42,368 nt of DNA, taken from IMG/VR virus record IMGVR_UViG_3300048849_000157, positions 1-42,368 of that record; one strand, given 5' to 3'. Shown here piece by piece: positions 33,422 to 42,368 of the stretch. The stretch's first letter is position 1; each line of letters begins with the position of its first letter. Origin of the DNA: a virus. Lineage: Duplodnaviria; Caudoviricetes. The translations under genes and the position numbers were made by a program. Under the pieces are notes generated by a model. The model was not told the DNA's origin. It saw only the letters and a list, made by a program, of their open reading frames with translations, and did no database searches.

Positions 33422-35484
33422 TGCCTACTTACGAAGTTGAGGTAAATGGCAAGCCGTTTGAGGTTGAGGCGCCCGACGAGCAAGGCGTGATGCTCGCGAT
33501 CAAACAAATACAGTCGCAGCCCAATACGGCACCTTCGCAGTTCGCTGGCGGCATGGCTGGCTCCGCGGCACTAGGAGCGGCAGATACGGCATCTTTCGGG
33601 TTTGGCGACGAACTCGGCGCCGCTCTTGGCTCTACGTCCGAAAAGCTCGCATCTTACATCACAGGCGATAAGCCAAGGTCTTATGATGAGCTTCTGACCA
33701 AGATCCGTGATCAGGACAAGCGGGCGAAAGAAGCCAACCCCGGATCGTACCTGACGGGTCAGGTTGCTGGCGGTGTAGCCTCTGCCGTAGGCGCTTCCGG
33801 TGCAGGTTTGTCTATCGCAGGCAGACTGGCGCCAAACGCCGGGTTGCTGGCTCGCGTTGGGGCTGGCGCTGCCGAGGGTGCTCTCATGGGTGGAACCTAC
33901 GGGTTCGGCTCTGGGCAAGGCACTACCGATCGCTTAGAACAGGGTGGCCTCAATGCCGTCATTGGTGGCGCTGCTGGTGGGGCTATTCCGGTTGTCGCTC
34001 AGGGCGTTTCGTCCGGCTACAGAGCCATTGCAGATCGTATGGCAGGCGGGCAGGCTGCACGAGCAGCAGGTGTTTCCCCGGAAGTTTCCCGCATGCTTGC
34101 CGACACGTTGCAGGCCGATGGGTCGCTCGGTCCGCAAGGGCTGGCGAACATGCAGAGGGCTGGCGGCGAAGCTATGCTCGCGGATGCTGGTCCAAATGCA
34201 CGCTCTGTCCTTGATACCGCTATTCAGCGGGGCGGGTCGGGGTCTGTCAATGCCAGGAATGCCATCGACGCTCGCGTCACTCGAGGCTCTGCTGACATCA
34301 ACGCGGCATTGGATGGCGCATTTGGTGCCCCTCAAGGGGTCGAAACTGCCCGTGATGCTATCCGGACTGGAACCGCTGGCGCTCGGAACTCAGCCTATAA
34401 CGCAGCGTACTCTTCGCCTATCGACTATGCCGCACCTGAAGGCCAGGCACTGGAAGGGCTAGTCAGATCGCGCGTGCCCGGCAATGTCATCCAAGATGCT
34501 AACCGTCTCATGCGACTTGAGGGGCACGAGTCCCGCCAGATCCTTGCGCGCATTGCTGATGATGGCTCTGTTGTCTATGAGCAGATGCCAGATGTTCGTC
34601 AGCTCGATTACATCACCCGCGCTCTCAACCAAGCCGCGGAGAGCGGTGATGGGGCTGGAGCGCTCGGCGGTCAAACACCCATCGGCAGGGCTTATCAAAA
34701 CCTTTCCCGTGAGATCCGGGGCAACCTGCGCTCTGCTGTTCCTGAATATGGGAATGCGCTTGACACTGCAGCCGATCCTATCCGTCGTTCACAGGCAGTA
34801 GAGTTCGGGTCAAAGCTTCTTTCGCCATCCGTGACCCGGGACCAGGTGGCGCATGAAGTGGCTGGGCACTCGGCAGCAGAGCGGGATGCGCTTGCCCAGG
34901 GTATCCGCTCAAGGATTGACGACACTCTGGCAAATGTCACGAGGACGGTTTCCGACGGCAACACGGAAGCGCGGGAGGGCATCAAAGCCCTGCGGGACAT
35001 GTCGAGCCGCGCCAGCCGTGACAAGATCGTAGAGGCAATTGGGCAGCAGCGGGCACAGCCTTTGTTCGATGAACTGGACCGGGTCGCCACCTCATTCGAG
35101 CTGAGGGCTTCGGTCGCAGAGAACTCAAAGACCTATGCAAGACAGGCTGTTTCCGGTCGGATTAATGACATCACTGCTCCAGGCCCCGTTGGTACCGCCC
35201 TCCAAGGCAAGCCGCTGAACGCTGTGCAGAAGATTGCTCAGATCCTGACTGGGCAAACGCCTGAACGGGTATCTGCTCGGCAGGATGCTATCTATTCGGA
35301 AATCGCGGATTTTCTGACGAGGCCAGCGGGCCAGGCTGTGCCTGCGTTTCAGGCAATGCAAAACTACGGTACTCAGACGGCTGCAAATCAAGTTCGTGCC
35401 GCAGAGATTGCTCGGCTGCTTTCCTCTGCGCGGCCTGCCGCCTATCCCATAGGTGGCCTATCAGCAGACAAACCGCGAAAATAG
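33421..35484 (+). CDS. large internal virion/DNA ejection protein
   Basis: MPTYEVEVNG start; SFGFGDEL motif and Gly/Ala-rich segments. Confidence 0.7.
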   Translation: MPTYEVEVNGKPFEVEAPDEQGVMLAIKQIQSQPNTAPSQFAGGMAGSAALGAADTASFGFGDELGAALGSTSEKLASYITGDKPRSYDELLTKIRDQDKRAKEANPGSYLTGQVAGGVASAVGASGAGLSIAGRLAPNAGLLARVGAGAAEGALMGGTYGFGSGQGTTDRLEQGGLNAVIGGAAGGAIPVVAQGVSSGYRAIADRMAGGQAARAAGVSPEVSRMLADTLQADGSLGPQGLANMQRAGGEAMLADAGPNARSVLDTAIQRGGSGSVNARNAIDARVTRGSADINAALDGAFGAPQGVETARDAIRTGTAGARNSAYNAAYSSPIDYAAPEGQALEGLVRSRVPGNVIQDANRLMRLEGHESRQILARIADDGSVVYEQMPDVRQLDYITRALNQAAESGDGAGALGGQTPIGRAYQNLSREIRGNLRSAVPEYGNALDTAADPIRRSQAVEFGSKLLSPSVTRDQVAHEVAGHSAAERDALAQGIRSRIDDTLANVTRTVSDGNTEAREGIKALRDMSSRASRDKIVEAIGQQRAQPLFDELDRVATSFELRASVAENSKTYARQAVSGRINDITAPGPVGTALQGKPLNAVQKIAQILTGQTPERVSARQDAIYSEIADFLTRPAGQAVPAFQAMQNYGTQTAANQVRAAEIARLLSSARPAAYPIGGLSADKPRK

Positions 35485-35614
35485 CCCCACATACCAAGTA
35501 AATGCCGGACCCCGGCAGTACCGTTGAAAGATATCGCAAGCCGATAGTCAAAGGAACGATGATGGCAAGCGTTACGACGGTAACGACAAGCCCTTCGTAG
35601 GGGTAACGGTTCAT
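35288..35614 (-). CDS. two-TM membrane protein, candidate superinfection exclusion
   Basis: AGGAG RBS; two hydrophobic helices; antisense, between the ejection and tail fibre genes. Confidence 0.55.
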   Translation of the reverse strand: MNRYPYEGLVVTVVTLAIIVPLTIGLRYLSTVLPGSGIYLVCGAIFAVCLLIGHLWDRRQAAQRKAAEQSLRHELDLQPSEYRSFALPETQAQPGPLASSENPRFPNR

Positions 35615-35659
35615 TCGGTCTCCTAGAGGCTGCACCCACAACATTACACCACCTCATGG

Positions 35660-35683
35660 AGCCTCGCAATCGCGGGGCTTTTC
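35660..35683 (+). terminator. rho-independent terminator before the tail fibre gene
   Basis: AGCCTCGC-AATC-GCGGGGCT followed by T run. Confidence 0.55.
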
Positions 35684-35703
35684 CCGTTTTGATGGAGGCT
35701 CCC

Positions 35704-36561
35704 ATTCCTTACGATAACAACGGAAATTACTCGCTTCCTAACGGGTATCTGGCCGTTACAGGTCAGAAAATACTGGCTTCCCAGCACAACCCGCCCCTTG
35801 AAGACATTCGCGCTGCGCTAAGCCAGGTTCTCCTGCGCACTGGCGTTGCGCCCATGACCGGACCGCTGAACCTCAACGGGTTCAAAGTGACCGGCCTCCT
35901 GGATGGCACAGCGTCAACAGATGCTGTCACCTATGCCCAGCTCCAGGACGCACTGTCGCGGATCACCAATCTGGCGCCAGTCGGCTCGGTGAAGGCTTTC
36001 CGCCGCAAGACAGCCCCCACGGGCTGGGTGAAGGAAAACGGCGGCACGATCGGCAACCCGGCTTCAGGCGCGACCACCCGCGCTAACGCCGACACCATCG
36101 ATCTGTTCACTCTGCTGTGGACGGAGTTCACTAACGCAGAACTCCCCATCACGACGAATGTAGGCGCACCATCCACGCGCGGCGCCTCTGCTGCTGCAGA
36201 CTTCGCGGCAAACAAGCGCATGACGCTGTTCGATAGCCGGACGCGCTTCCTCCGCGGCTCTGATGACGGCTTAGCCTACGACGCTACTCTGACCGTCGGC
36301 ACAGCGCAGGATGACGCGCTCAAAGCCCACAAGCACGCCGTGCCGCCTCATGCCCACCCGATCCCCTCAAGAAGCCGTGATGGGTATGGCTCAGAGCCAG
36401 GCGGAACAAGGGTTGCCAGCACCAACGGCAACAACTTCTCCGGCACGGTCGCAGACGCCTACGCGACATCGAACTCTGCGGCTTTCGACACTGCCGACAC
36501 CGGCATCGCTCTCGAAACCCGTCCGCGCGCGTCTGTCGTCCTTTACTGCATCAAACTTTAA
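35704..36561 (+). CDS. short tail fibre with tail-collar domain; probable ATT start
   Basis: GGAGG-CTCCC-ATT-CCT-TAC-GAT; PVGSV..F...APTGW...NG collar and ETRPR..YCIKL C-terminus. Confidence 0.75.
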   Translation: MPYDNNGNYSLPNGYLAVTGQKILASQHNPPLEDIRAALSQVLLRTGVAPMTGPLNLNGFKVTGLLDGTASTDAVTYAQLQDALSRITNLAPVGSVKAFRRKTAPTGWVKENGGTIGNPASGATTRANADTIDLFTLLWTEFTNAELPITTNVGAPSTRGASAAADFAANKRMTLFDSRTRFLRGSDDGLAYDATLTVGTAQDDALKAHKHAVPPHAHPIPSRSRDGYGSEPGGTRVASTNGNNFSGTVADAYATSNSAAFDTADTGIALETRPRASVVLYCIKL

Positions 36562-36571
36562 GGCTCAGAAC

Positions 36572-38665
36572 ATGGCTGTAGTACGTATTAATGCACTTCC
36601 CGCCGGCACACCAACCCAGAGCAAGAAGCTCGCCATGGATCTTTCCACGGCTGAAAACGCGACGATCAAGGATATCGTCTACGCCGGGCGCCCCGCGGCA
36701 TCCCAGGCCGAAGCTGAAGCAGGGACCGACTCTGACAAGGTCATGACTGCCGTTACAACGAAGCAGTCTATCGCCTCGCAAGTTGGGGTAACGATTGCCT
36801 CGAATGCCCAAGGCGCGAAAGCGGACTCGGCTCTCCAGCCATCCGCGATCGGTGTGACGGTAGCGTCTGCCGCGCAGGGCGTAAAAGCAGATGCCGCACT
36901 CCCCGCCGCCAGCAAGCTCAGCCAGGCGGAGGCTGTTGCGGGGACAGAAGACGCTAAATACATGACGGCGCTCAGCGGTGCACAGCAGGCGGATGGACGG
37001 ATGTTCCCAGCCATTACTGGTGGCCTTTCCAGAACGGCACCAGCACGGTTTGGCGATGTCGTTGATCTCGATGAAAAGCTCCCTGGCGACGGCTCTACCC
37101 CAATCAATGGTACGCCGTTCACAGAGCTTCTCGTCTATATGGCTGCAAACCCGGGCAAAACTTACCGCAGCAGGAAGAACCGCAAATACTTCCTAAACGC
37201 TGCAGTAGCATTTCCGGACAATATCAAGCTCCGCCTAGAGGGCGCAGAGTTCTATCTCGGCGCCTCTCTGGGCACAGGCGCAACGGCTTTGACTTTCGGG
37301 GCTGATACCGATGCTGACCAGATCCGGCTTCGTGTGCTTGGGTCGAACACGCTCTACCGCGGGATTTATACCGGAGATCGCTTCAAGGGCGGGCTTGTCG
37401 CCTATGCTGACACACAGCAAGCCAACTCGGGGAGCCAGCTTTACCGCGCCATTCGCATCAACGGGAATGACTCCGATCTTGATTACGTCGAGAGCAGATT
37501 TTTCGATTTTGGCGTCCTAGTCTACGGCGAAGCCGCGGCCAATACGGGAACTGTGATCCGCCGGCTCAAGGCGCAGAGCTATTGCAACGCCGTTAAGGTC
37601 CGCGATGTCAGCGACTTCCGGCTGCAAGATTACACGATTACCGGCCGCAGCCCGAACGGGCTTTCTAACGCAGGGCAGAATGGCGTTCTGGTTGAAGGCG
37701 CTCAATATTCGAGCTTCCAAGATGGATATATCGAAGGAGCTCCGGAGCATGCGAAGCGGTTCGGCGGGTTTGGCAGCTTCATCAACACCAAGGGCTGCAA
37801 GGTCCGCGGGCTGACGACAAAGAGTTCCGGCCAGACAGGCGTCAAAGCCTATACCGGGTCGCTGGCGAACATCATGCAGGACATGAGCTTCTCTGACATT
37901 ACCGTGATCGACGCTGGCGACAATGGAGACGCAGTTGGCTTCAACGATTTCGGCTTCATGCTCCAGAACATCAACGGCCTTCACTGCACCGGGCTGACAT
38001 CGAAGAACCGCGATCTGGCCGTAAGCGCCTATGACTGCTTCTATCTGTCCAGCATCACCCGCGGCGAACTCAGCGGCCTACAGGCCTACAGCGCCGCGCG
38101 AAACGCGATGCGCATCTCCGAGTACAACGACGACGGCACGAACAGCGGCAGCATCAACACGTTGGACGTTATCGGTCTGCAGTCTGAAAGCCATGCTGCG
38201 GCCGGCGTCTACCTTGAATTCCCCGGTGGTCAGGCAATGCGTCACCTAGCCTTCAAGGACACTCACCTAATCGGCGGCACCACAGGCTTTGACAGTAACG
38301 CTGCTGCAGCCCGATTTGCTCAGCAGACCTATTTCGAGGGCGTGATCAACGGCCAGAGCGGCGTTCGCTTCAATCTTCCGGTCACGGCGAACATCAAGGT
38401 AGTCGATCTTCTGGACCCGTCGTCCAGCGTGACTTACGACCCCCCTAGCCTTGTAGACGGCGCTGGCACGACCACCACAATCACCGTTACCGGCGCGGCT
38501 CTTGGAGATTATGCCGTTGCATCGTTCTCGCTTGACCTCCAAGGAATTACAATGACTTACTGTGTGAGCGCAGCAAACACGGTTTCTGTCCGGTTCCAGA
38601 ATGAGACCGGCGGGACAGTCGATCTCGCCAGCGGAACCCTCAGAGCTAAGGTCATTAAGTCCTAG
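36572..38665 (+). CDS. tailspike / beta-helix depolymerase-like receptor-binding protein
   Basis: start MAVVRIN; N-terminal repeats (ASQAEA.AGT, GVT.AS.AQG.KAD), beta-helix-like middle, C-terminal YDPPSL..VTGAALGD domain. Confidence 0.7.
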   Translation: MAVVRINALPAGTPTQSKKLAMDLSTAENATIKDIVYAGRPAASQAEAEAGTDSDKVMTAVTTKQSIASQVGVTIASNAQGAKADSALQPSAIGVTVASAAQGVKADAALPAASKLSQAEAVAGTEDAKYMTALSGAQQADGRMFPAITGGLSRTAPARFGDVVDLDEKLPGDGSTPINGTPFTELLVYMAANPGKTYRSRKNRKYFLNAAVAFPDNIKLRLEGAEFYLGASLGTGATALTFGADTDADQIRLRVLGSNTLYRGIYTGDRFKGGLVAYADTQQANSGSQLYRAIRINGNDSDLDYVESRFFDFGVLVYGEAAANTGTVIRRLKAQSYCNAVKVRDVSDFRLQDYTITGRSPNGLSNAGQNGVLVEGAQYSSFQDGYIEGAPEHAKRFGGFGSFINTKGCKVRGLTTKSSGQTGVKAYTGSLANIMQDMSFSDITVIDAGDNGDAVGFNDFGFMLQNINGLHCTGLTSKNRDLAVSAYDCFYLSSITRGELSGLQAYSAARNAMRISEYNDDGTNSGSINTLDVIGLQSESHAAAGVYLEFPGGQAMRHLAFKDTHLIGGTTGFDSNAAAARFAQQTYFEGVINGQSGVRFNLPVTANIKVVDLLDPSSSVTYDPPSLVDGAGTTTTITVTGAALGDYAVASFSLDLQGITMTYCVSAANTVSVRFQNETGGTVDLASGTLRAKVIKS

Positions 38666-38675
38666 CTCTCTGGCC

Positions 38676-39371
38676 TCACTTTAACTTTCTGAACACAAAC
38701 GGGGTATGGCCTGTAAGCTTCGTGATTGTACTCGGCGGGACACCTGCTTCGTTAAGCTCATCAGCAGTGATGACTTTAGAAACGTCGATCCGCTCGAAGC
38801 CGTGGAAAAGGCTAAGGCATCTTTCTGGGAAATCGTTAGTCCCGAAGACCCGTAGATGATCCCACTGGTAAAACCTCTCCTCGCGAGCCTCACGCGATAG
38901 TCTTGGGTTCATGTCCTCTCTGTACCATCCCGTATGGATTGGGACTTGGAATATATGGTAGCCGCCGGGGGCGATAGCGTCATTCATGTCGGATATGATG
39001 CGATCGACTGAGCCAGGTATGTGTTCCAGCACATGCGAGTGGATCAGCATTTGAACTCCCTTTTTGGGGAGGTATTCGGCGGCTTTGCTCAGATCCACCT
39101 TTCGCATAGGAACTGGGGACCACGAGTATTCTTCTGGTGCGAAATCGGCAGGGGTGTACGCAGCACCGTACTTTTCTAACAGAATGTCGGCGATCGCCTC
39201 TTCTGGGGCGAAATGGTAAACGGGCTTCCCTGTTGGCTTAGGGGCTAAGCGCCTTAACGTCAAAGCCATGACCCGGCCGCGCTCTTTGGACCCGCATCCC
39301 GCGCAGCGAGCATTTTTACGTCCGTTGTAATCTTTGAATACAGTGCTTTCGCAAATTGGGCATGTCGACAT
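38676..39371 (-). CDS. class I SAM-dependent methyltransferase-like moron
   Basis: CPIC..C.GCGS.ER.R, HFAPE, SHVLEHI, PGG and QWDHLRVFG motifs; AT-richer, opposite strand. Confidence 0.75.
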   Translation of the reverse strand: MSTCPICESTVFKDYNGRKNARCAGCGSKERGRVMALTLRRLAPKPTGKPVYHFAPEEAIADILLEKYGAAYTPADFAPEEYSWSPVPMRKVDLSKAAEYLPKKGVQMLIHSHVLEHIPGSVDRIISDMNDAIAPGGYHIFQVPIHTGWYREDMNPRLSREAREERFYQWDHLRVFGTNDFPERCLSLFHGFERIDVSKVITADELNEAGVPPSTITKLTGHTPFVFRKLK

Positions 39372-39484
39372 TTATGGTTCTTCCTCCCCTGAGACCCGTA
39401 CTCATGCATGCCCACCCGGAGCCGTCAACCATAACGTGCGGCGCGCTCGAAAACTTCTGACCCCACCACATATCGGAGAAGCCC

Positions 39485-39808
39485 ATGAACCGGGACGAAC
39501 CCGCGCCAGTCACGGCAGCGGTGAAGCGAAGCTTTGCCTCATCGCTGGACGTGTTCGGCCTAGAGCCGGTCGAGCACTTCGGGCGCATCTTCAAGCGCGC
39601 CTGGTCAATCAAACTCATCCTCGCCGCGGGGCTGTTCTCAGGCATGGAGATAGCGCTCCCGATCCTCGACCAGTGGATCCTCATCCCGCGAGGGGGCTTC
39701 GCCGCTCTCTCCGGCTTCACATCGATGGCGGCGCTTGTGTCCCGCCTCGTCGCTCAGCAGTCGGTTTCGACACCATCAAAGGACAGCCCCGATGCCAGTA
39801 ACCTCTAG
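39485..39808 (+). CDS. holin (two TM)
   Basis: GGAG RBS; KRAWSIKL..RLVAQ pattern directly upstream of the endolysin. Confidence 0.65.
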   Translation: MNRDEPAPVTAAVKRSFASSLDVFGLEPVEHFGRIFKRAWSIKLILAAGLFSGMEIALPILDQWILIPRGGFAALSGFTSMAALVSRLVAQQSVSTPSKDSPDASNL

Positions 39809-40262
39809 CAGAATCAAGAAATCCGGCGCCCTCGCAGCCGCTGCTGTGGCGCTTGTCGCCGCATGGGAAGGCGTTCGCACGACAGCCTACAAAGATATCG
39901 TCGGCGTTCCAACTGTGTGCTTCGGAGAAACGCGCGGCGTCAAGATGGGCGACAAATACACTATGGACGAATGCCGGGCCATGCTTGGCGACGGACTGGT
40001 GGAGTTCGAGGCAGGGATGCGGGCATGCCTCCTGAAGCCTGACAGCGTTCCGCAGAAGCCATACATCGCGTTCCTGTCCCTCAGCTACAACATCGGCAAC
40101 CGCGCCTTCTGTGGTTCGTCTGTTGCGCGGAAGGCCAACGCCGGCGACTTCAAGGGCGCCTGCGATGCCATTTTGATGTGGGACCGAGCAGGAGGTCGCG
40201 TCGTCCAAGGGCTCGTCAATCGGCGGAAGGACGAGCGCCGGATCTGCCTAGAGGGCATCTGA
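39792..40262 (+). CDS. GH24 lysozyme, SAR-type endolysin
   Basis: Ala-rich N-terminal helix, then E-X8-D-X5-T (EGVRTTAYKDIVGVPT) and GLVNRR. Confidence 0.9.
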   Translation: MPVTSSRIKKSGALAAAAVALVAAWEGVRTTAYKDIVGVPTVCFGETRGVKMGDKYTMDECRAMLGDGLVEFEAGMRACLLKPDSVPQKPYIAFLSLSYNIGNRAFCGSSVARKANAGDFKGACDAILMWDRAGGRVVQGLVNRRKDERRICLEGI

Positions 40263-40657
40263 TGTTCTCCAGCCTCACAGACCCCATCAAGATCACGGTC
40301 TCCATCATCCTCGGCATAGCGGTGGGTGCGCTGGTCATGCTCGTCACATACGAGGGCATTCGGCTTCCGCTCATCGGGCAGGTCGTCAACGGCAAGGTCG
40401 CCAATGCGGTTGAGACAGCGACGGCCAACATGGTCACCACCTTCGAGCGCGATGTTCTCCAGGCACAGCTCGAGCAAGAGCGCCGGTATCGCGCAACAGC
40501 AGAAGCCGCTAGCGCGCGGGCGCAGGAACGTGCGGCCGCAACCGAGCTCGCACGACAGAATGCAGAGGCCCGCATAGACGAGCTCGAGGCACAAGCAAAG
40601 AAGGAAGGGATGGACGCATGGTCGAAAGACGAGCTCGACTGGCTGCAGCGACACTGA
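40262..40657 (+). CDS. i-spanin (Rz-like)
   Basis: N-terminal TM then coiled coil; TGATG-coupled to the endolysin. Confidence 0.7.
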   Translation: MFSSLTDPIKITVSIILGIAVGALVMLVTYEGIRLPLIGQVVNGKVANAVETATANMVTTFERDVLQAQLEQERRYRATAEAASARAQERAAATELARQNAEARIDELEAQAKKEGMDAWSKDELDWLQRH

Positions 40658-40917
40658 CCGTCATGCTTCTATCTGGCTGTGGAAGCCTCCAGGAGCGCGC
40701 CCACACTGCCGCGGTGACGCAAGGGCAGGTGCAAGCCGCAAAGCCGTTCCCTGACCTTCCTGAGGCATGCACGGCCAAGACCGGACGGGTGAAGCCTACA
40801 CCGGAAGAAGCGCGCGTTGTGACGCTGAAGCGGTGGGAGATTACCGCGGACCTCAGGGACCGCAAGGCAGAGGATTGTCGCGATTGGGGTGCGGACATGA
40901 AAGCCAATTTTCGATAG
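40618..40917 (+). CDS. o-spanin lipoprotein (Rz1-like)
   Basis: lipobox LLSGC; Pro-rich; overlaps the i-spanin 3' end. Confidence 0.7.
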   Translation: MVERRARLAAATLTVMLLSGCGSLQERAHTAAVTQGQVQAAKPFPDLPEACTAKTGRVKPTPEEARVVTLKRWEITADLRDRKAEDCRDWGADMKANFR

Positions 40918-41049
40918 CGGCCCGACGTTCTGTTCAAGCAGAGCGCCGAGCCTGACCGAGTACGATAAGCAGGATCGCAACGGCTTGGGAAACGTTACCC
41001 GAGGTTCGTTCCGGAATAGTTAACAATGCGAATACGGGAACTGGAATCC

Positions 41050-41727
41050 ATGGCGGCAGGGAACAACGATATGCCCAACGGAGCTGGCGTCTTCGATCCT
41101 ATGGCGCAGTATGCTCGCTTGTCTGAGCGGGTTGAAAACCAGGGCAAAGACATTGTGGACCTCCGTTCTAACATGAACACTGGGTTCCAGAGCGTCAACG
41201 CCAGCATCGGGACTTTGTCCAACGAGCTTCGTAGCAATAGCAAAACGCAGTGGCCTGTCATTTGGGCGGCAGCAGGCGTCTGCTTTACGATCCTTGCAAC
41301 TGGCGGCGCCTTCTTTTACAGCAGCTTGAGCAAGGACCAGGACCGCCTTGACGCCGCAGTAGTGAAGACTGCCGAACTGCAGCAGGTTGCGACAGCAAAA
41401 CTGTCCGAGGCGACCCAGCAGGCCTTTTCCACATTGACGGACAGGGTAGTGACGCAGAAGGAAATGGAATGGCGTACTGCCCGAGGGGTGGAGGATCGAA
41501 CCCGCTCTGATGCCGCAATCAGAGATATCCGAGATGGTCTCGTGCCGAGGGCGGAGCACGAACGTGTATGGCAGAACTACACGAACAAGGACCAGGATCT
41601 GCAGCGTCAGGTCGATGAAATCAAGCAGGCGCAGGGTGCAATCTACAACGCCCGCGATGTGATCATGGATCTGAGGGAACGGCTAGACCGGGTAGAGCGT
41701 CAGAAGCTCGCGGTTCCTCCGTCGTAG
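41050..41727 (+). CDS. membrane-anchored coiled-coil protein
   Basis: one TM (WPVIWAAAGVCFTILATGGAFFY) between coiled coils; start uncertain (41026, 41050 or 41071). Confidence 0.6.
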   Translation: MAAGNNDMPNGAGVFDPMAQYARLSERVENQGKDIVDLRSNMNTGFQSVNASIGTLSNELRSNSKTQWPVIWAAAGVCFTILATGGAFFYSSLSKDQDRLDAAVVKTAELQQVATAKLSEATQQAFSTLTDRVVTQKEMEWRTARGVEDRTRSDAAIRDIRDGLVPRAEHERVWQNYTNKDQDLQRQVDEIKQAQGAIYNARDVIMDLRERLDRVERQKLAVPPS

Positions 41728-42016
41728 GGTACGCCAACGCCTCGTTCGCCACGACAAGGGCAGCCTCGAGACTGCGAAACGCTTGTCCACCATCCCCATC
41801 GATGACCCGGTCAGCCGCCTTCGCCAGGGCGTAGAGGGCTTCGAATAGCCTGCGCTCTCTCTGTGTGCCCCCGTTGGCCTCGATCGCAGCCTTAGCTAGC
41901 TGCCGGCTGTGCTGGCACTGCTCCGGGTCTTCATGGAACCAGTGCTTGTTGTCGTCCGGATGGCGGTGCTTTGCGTGGATGGCGCGCGCTACTTGTTCGA
42001 TCATCTCCATGCTCAT
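41663..42016 (-). CDS. hypothetical phage protein
   Basis: GGAGG RBS; MIE.VARAI..A.AAIEA motif. Confidence 0.55.
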   Translation of the reverse strand: MSMEMIEQVARAIHAKHRHPDDNKHWFHEDPEQCQHSRQLAKAAIEANGGTQRERRLFEALYALAKAADRVIDGDGGQAFRSLEAALVVANEALAYPTTEEPRASDALPGLAVPSDP

Positions 42017-42025
42017 TCCCTCCAG

Positions 42026-42142
42026 TTAACCCAGCCCCGCCATCTGCAGGACGTTTCCAAGGATGATACCCGCTGCCATAACCAAGGCGACGAGCACCAG
42101 GACTGCGAAGACGTAGCCGCCTATGTGCCAGTCAGGCCTCAT
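42026..42142 (-). CDS. 38-aa single-TM peptide (missing from the ORF track)
   Basis: MRPDWHIGGYVFAVLVLVALVMAAGIILGNVLQMAGLG, fills the gap between two minus-strand genes. Confidence 0.5.
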   Translation of the reverse strand: MRPDWHIGGYVFAVLVLVALVMAAGIILGNVLQMAGLG

Positions 42143-42368
42143 GGGGCGGCGGCTGCTTCAGACGGTAAAGAGCCTGCATCAGGCCATACGAATGGTGATG
42201 GATCGCCTTTCTGTCAGCTTCGGCGCCATACATCGAAACACCTTGGCTTAGCCTAGCGATAACGAGCGCTGCTTCTATTGCCTCATCGAGATCGGTTTTA
42301 CGGGTAACTTCTGCTTGGGCAGCAGCCAGACTCTTCTGCATTTCGCTACCATTTAGGCTCTCGCTCAT
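42132..42368 (-). CDS. hypothetical protein at the window edge
   Basis: 78 aa ORF. Confidence 0.5.
   Translation of the reverse strand: MSESLNGSEMQKSLAAAQAEVTRKTDLDEAIEAALVIARLSQGVSMYGAEADRKAIHHHSYGLMQALYRLKQPPPHEA

Larger units (their letters stand above)
1044..42368. mobile_element. temperate podovirus-type prophage, right end outside the window
   Basis: att core, integrase, immunity, packaging, head, short-tail/ejection and lysis modules in canonical order; no tape measure or sheath gene. Confidence 0.95.

Noticed and set aside
38676-39371. DNA methyltransferase for the ATGCAT operators
   Set aside because: Lacks DPPY/NPPY and FxGxG or PC motifs; it resembles small-molecule or glycan methyltransferases.
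1-42368. CRISPR/TIGR-like array, DGR, retron or IS element
   Set aside because: I found by eye no regularly spaced repeats and no reverse transcriptase, Cas/Nop-domain or transposase ORF; a repeat finder and HMM search would confirm.

Overview
Most of this window (about 1044 to the right edge) is a temperate, short-tailed (podovirus-type) prophage of an alphaproteobacterium, probably Rhizobiaceae. That host call is inferred from gene content, GC-rich coding DNA and GTTC-N7-GTTC SOS boxes. The prophage is integrated into a tRNA-Val(GAC) gene. The displaced 46-bp 3' tRNA fragment (att core) lies at 1044-1089, and the intact tRNA with the other att site should lie beyond the right edge. Bases 1-1043 are flanking DNA (a small Cys/His protein and a single-domain response regulator). 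Gene order is lambdoid/P22-like: integrase, excisionase, leftward early operon (HNH, NinB-like, Rad52/Sak annealing protein, PolB-like 3'-5' exonuclease, DUF551), immunity region (short XRE repressor, Cro, ATGCAT-based operators), rightward early operon (CII-like, DUF1064 nuclease, a truncated replication initiator, a DnaA-C-terminal-like HTH, late regulator), packaging/head, tail tube and ejection proteins, tail fibre and tailspike, an antisense methyltransferase moron, and lysis (holin, SAR endolysin, spanins). Most notable: (1) a promoter-driven, ORF-free, highly structured ~450-nt RNA-like region at ~7945-8400 followed by an AT-rich tract, in a phage whose initiator lacks its DNA-binding half, suggesting an RNA-dependent replication origin; (2) a ~700-nt cluster of structured RNA domains behind the late promoter; (3) two virion genes that appear to start at ATC/ATT codons; (4) a non-cleavable repressor facing a small gene with a LexA-like box, plus a perfect LexA box beside the att site. 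All product calls come from motif recognition and synteny. No database searches or folding programs were run.
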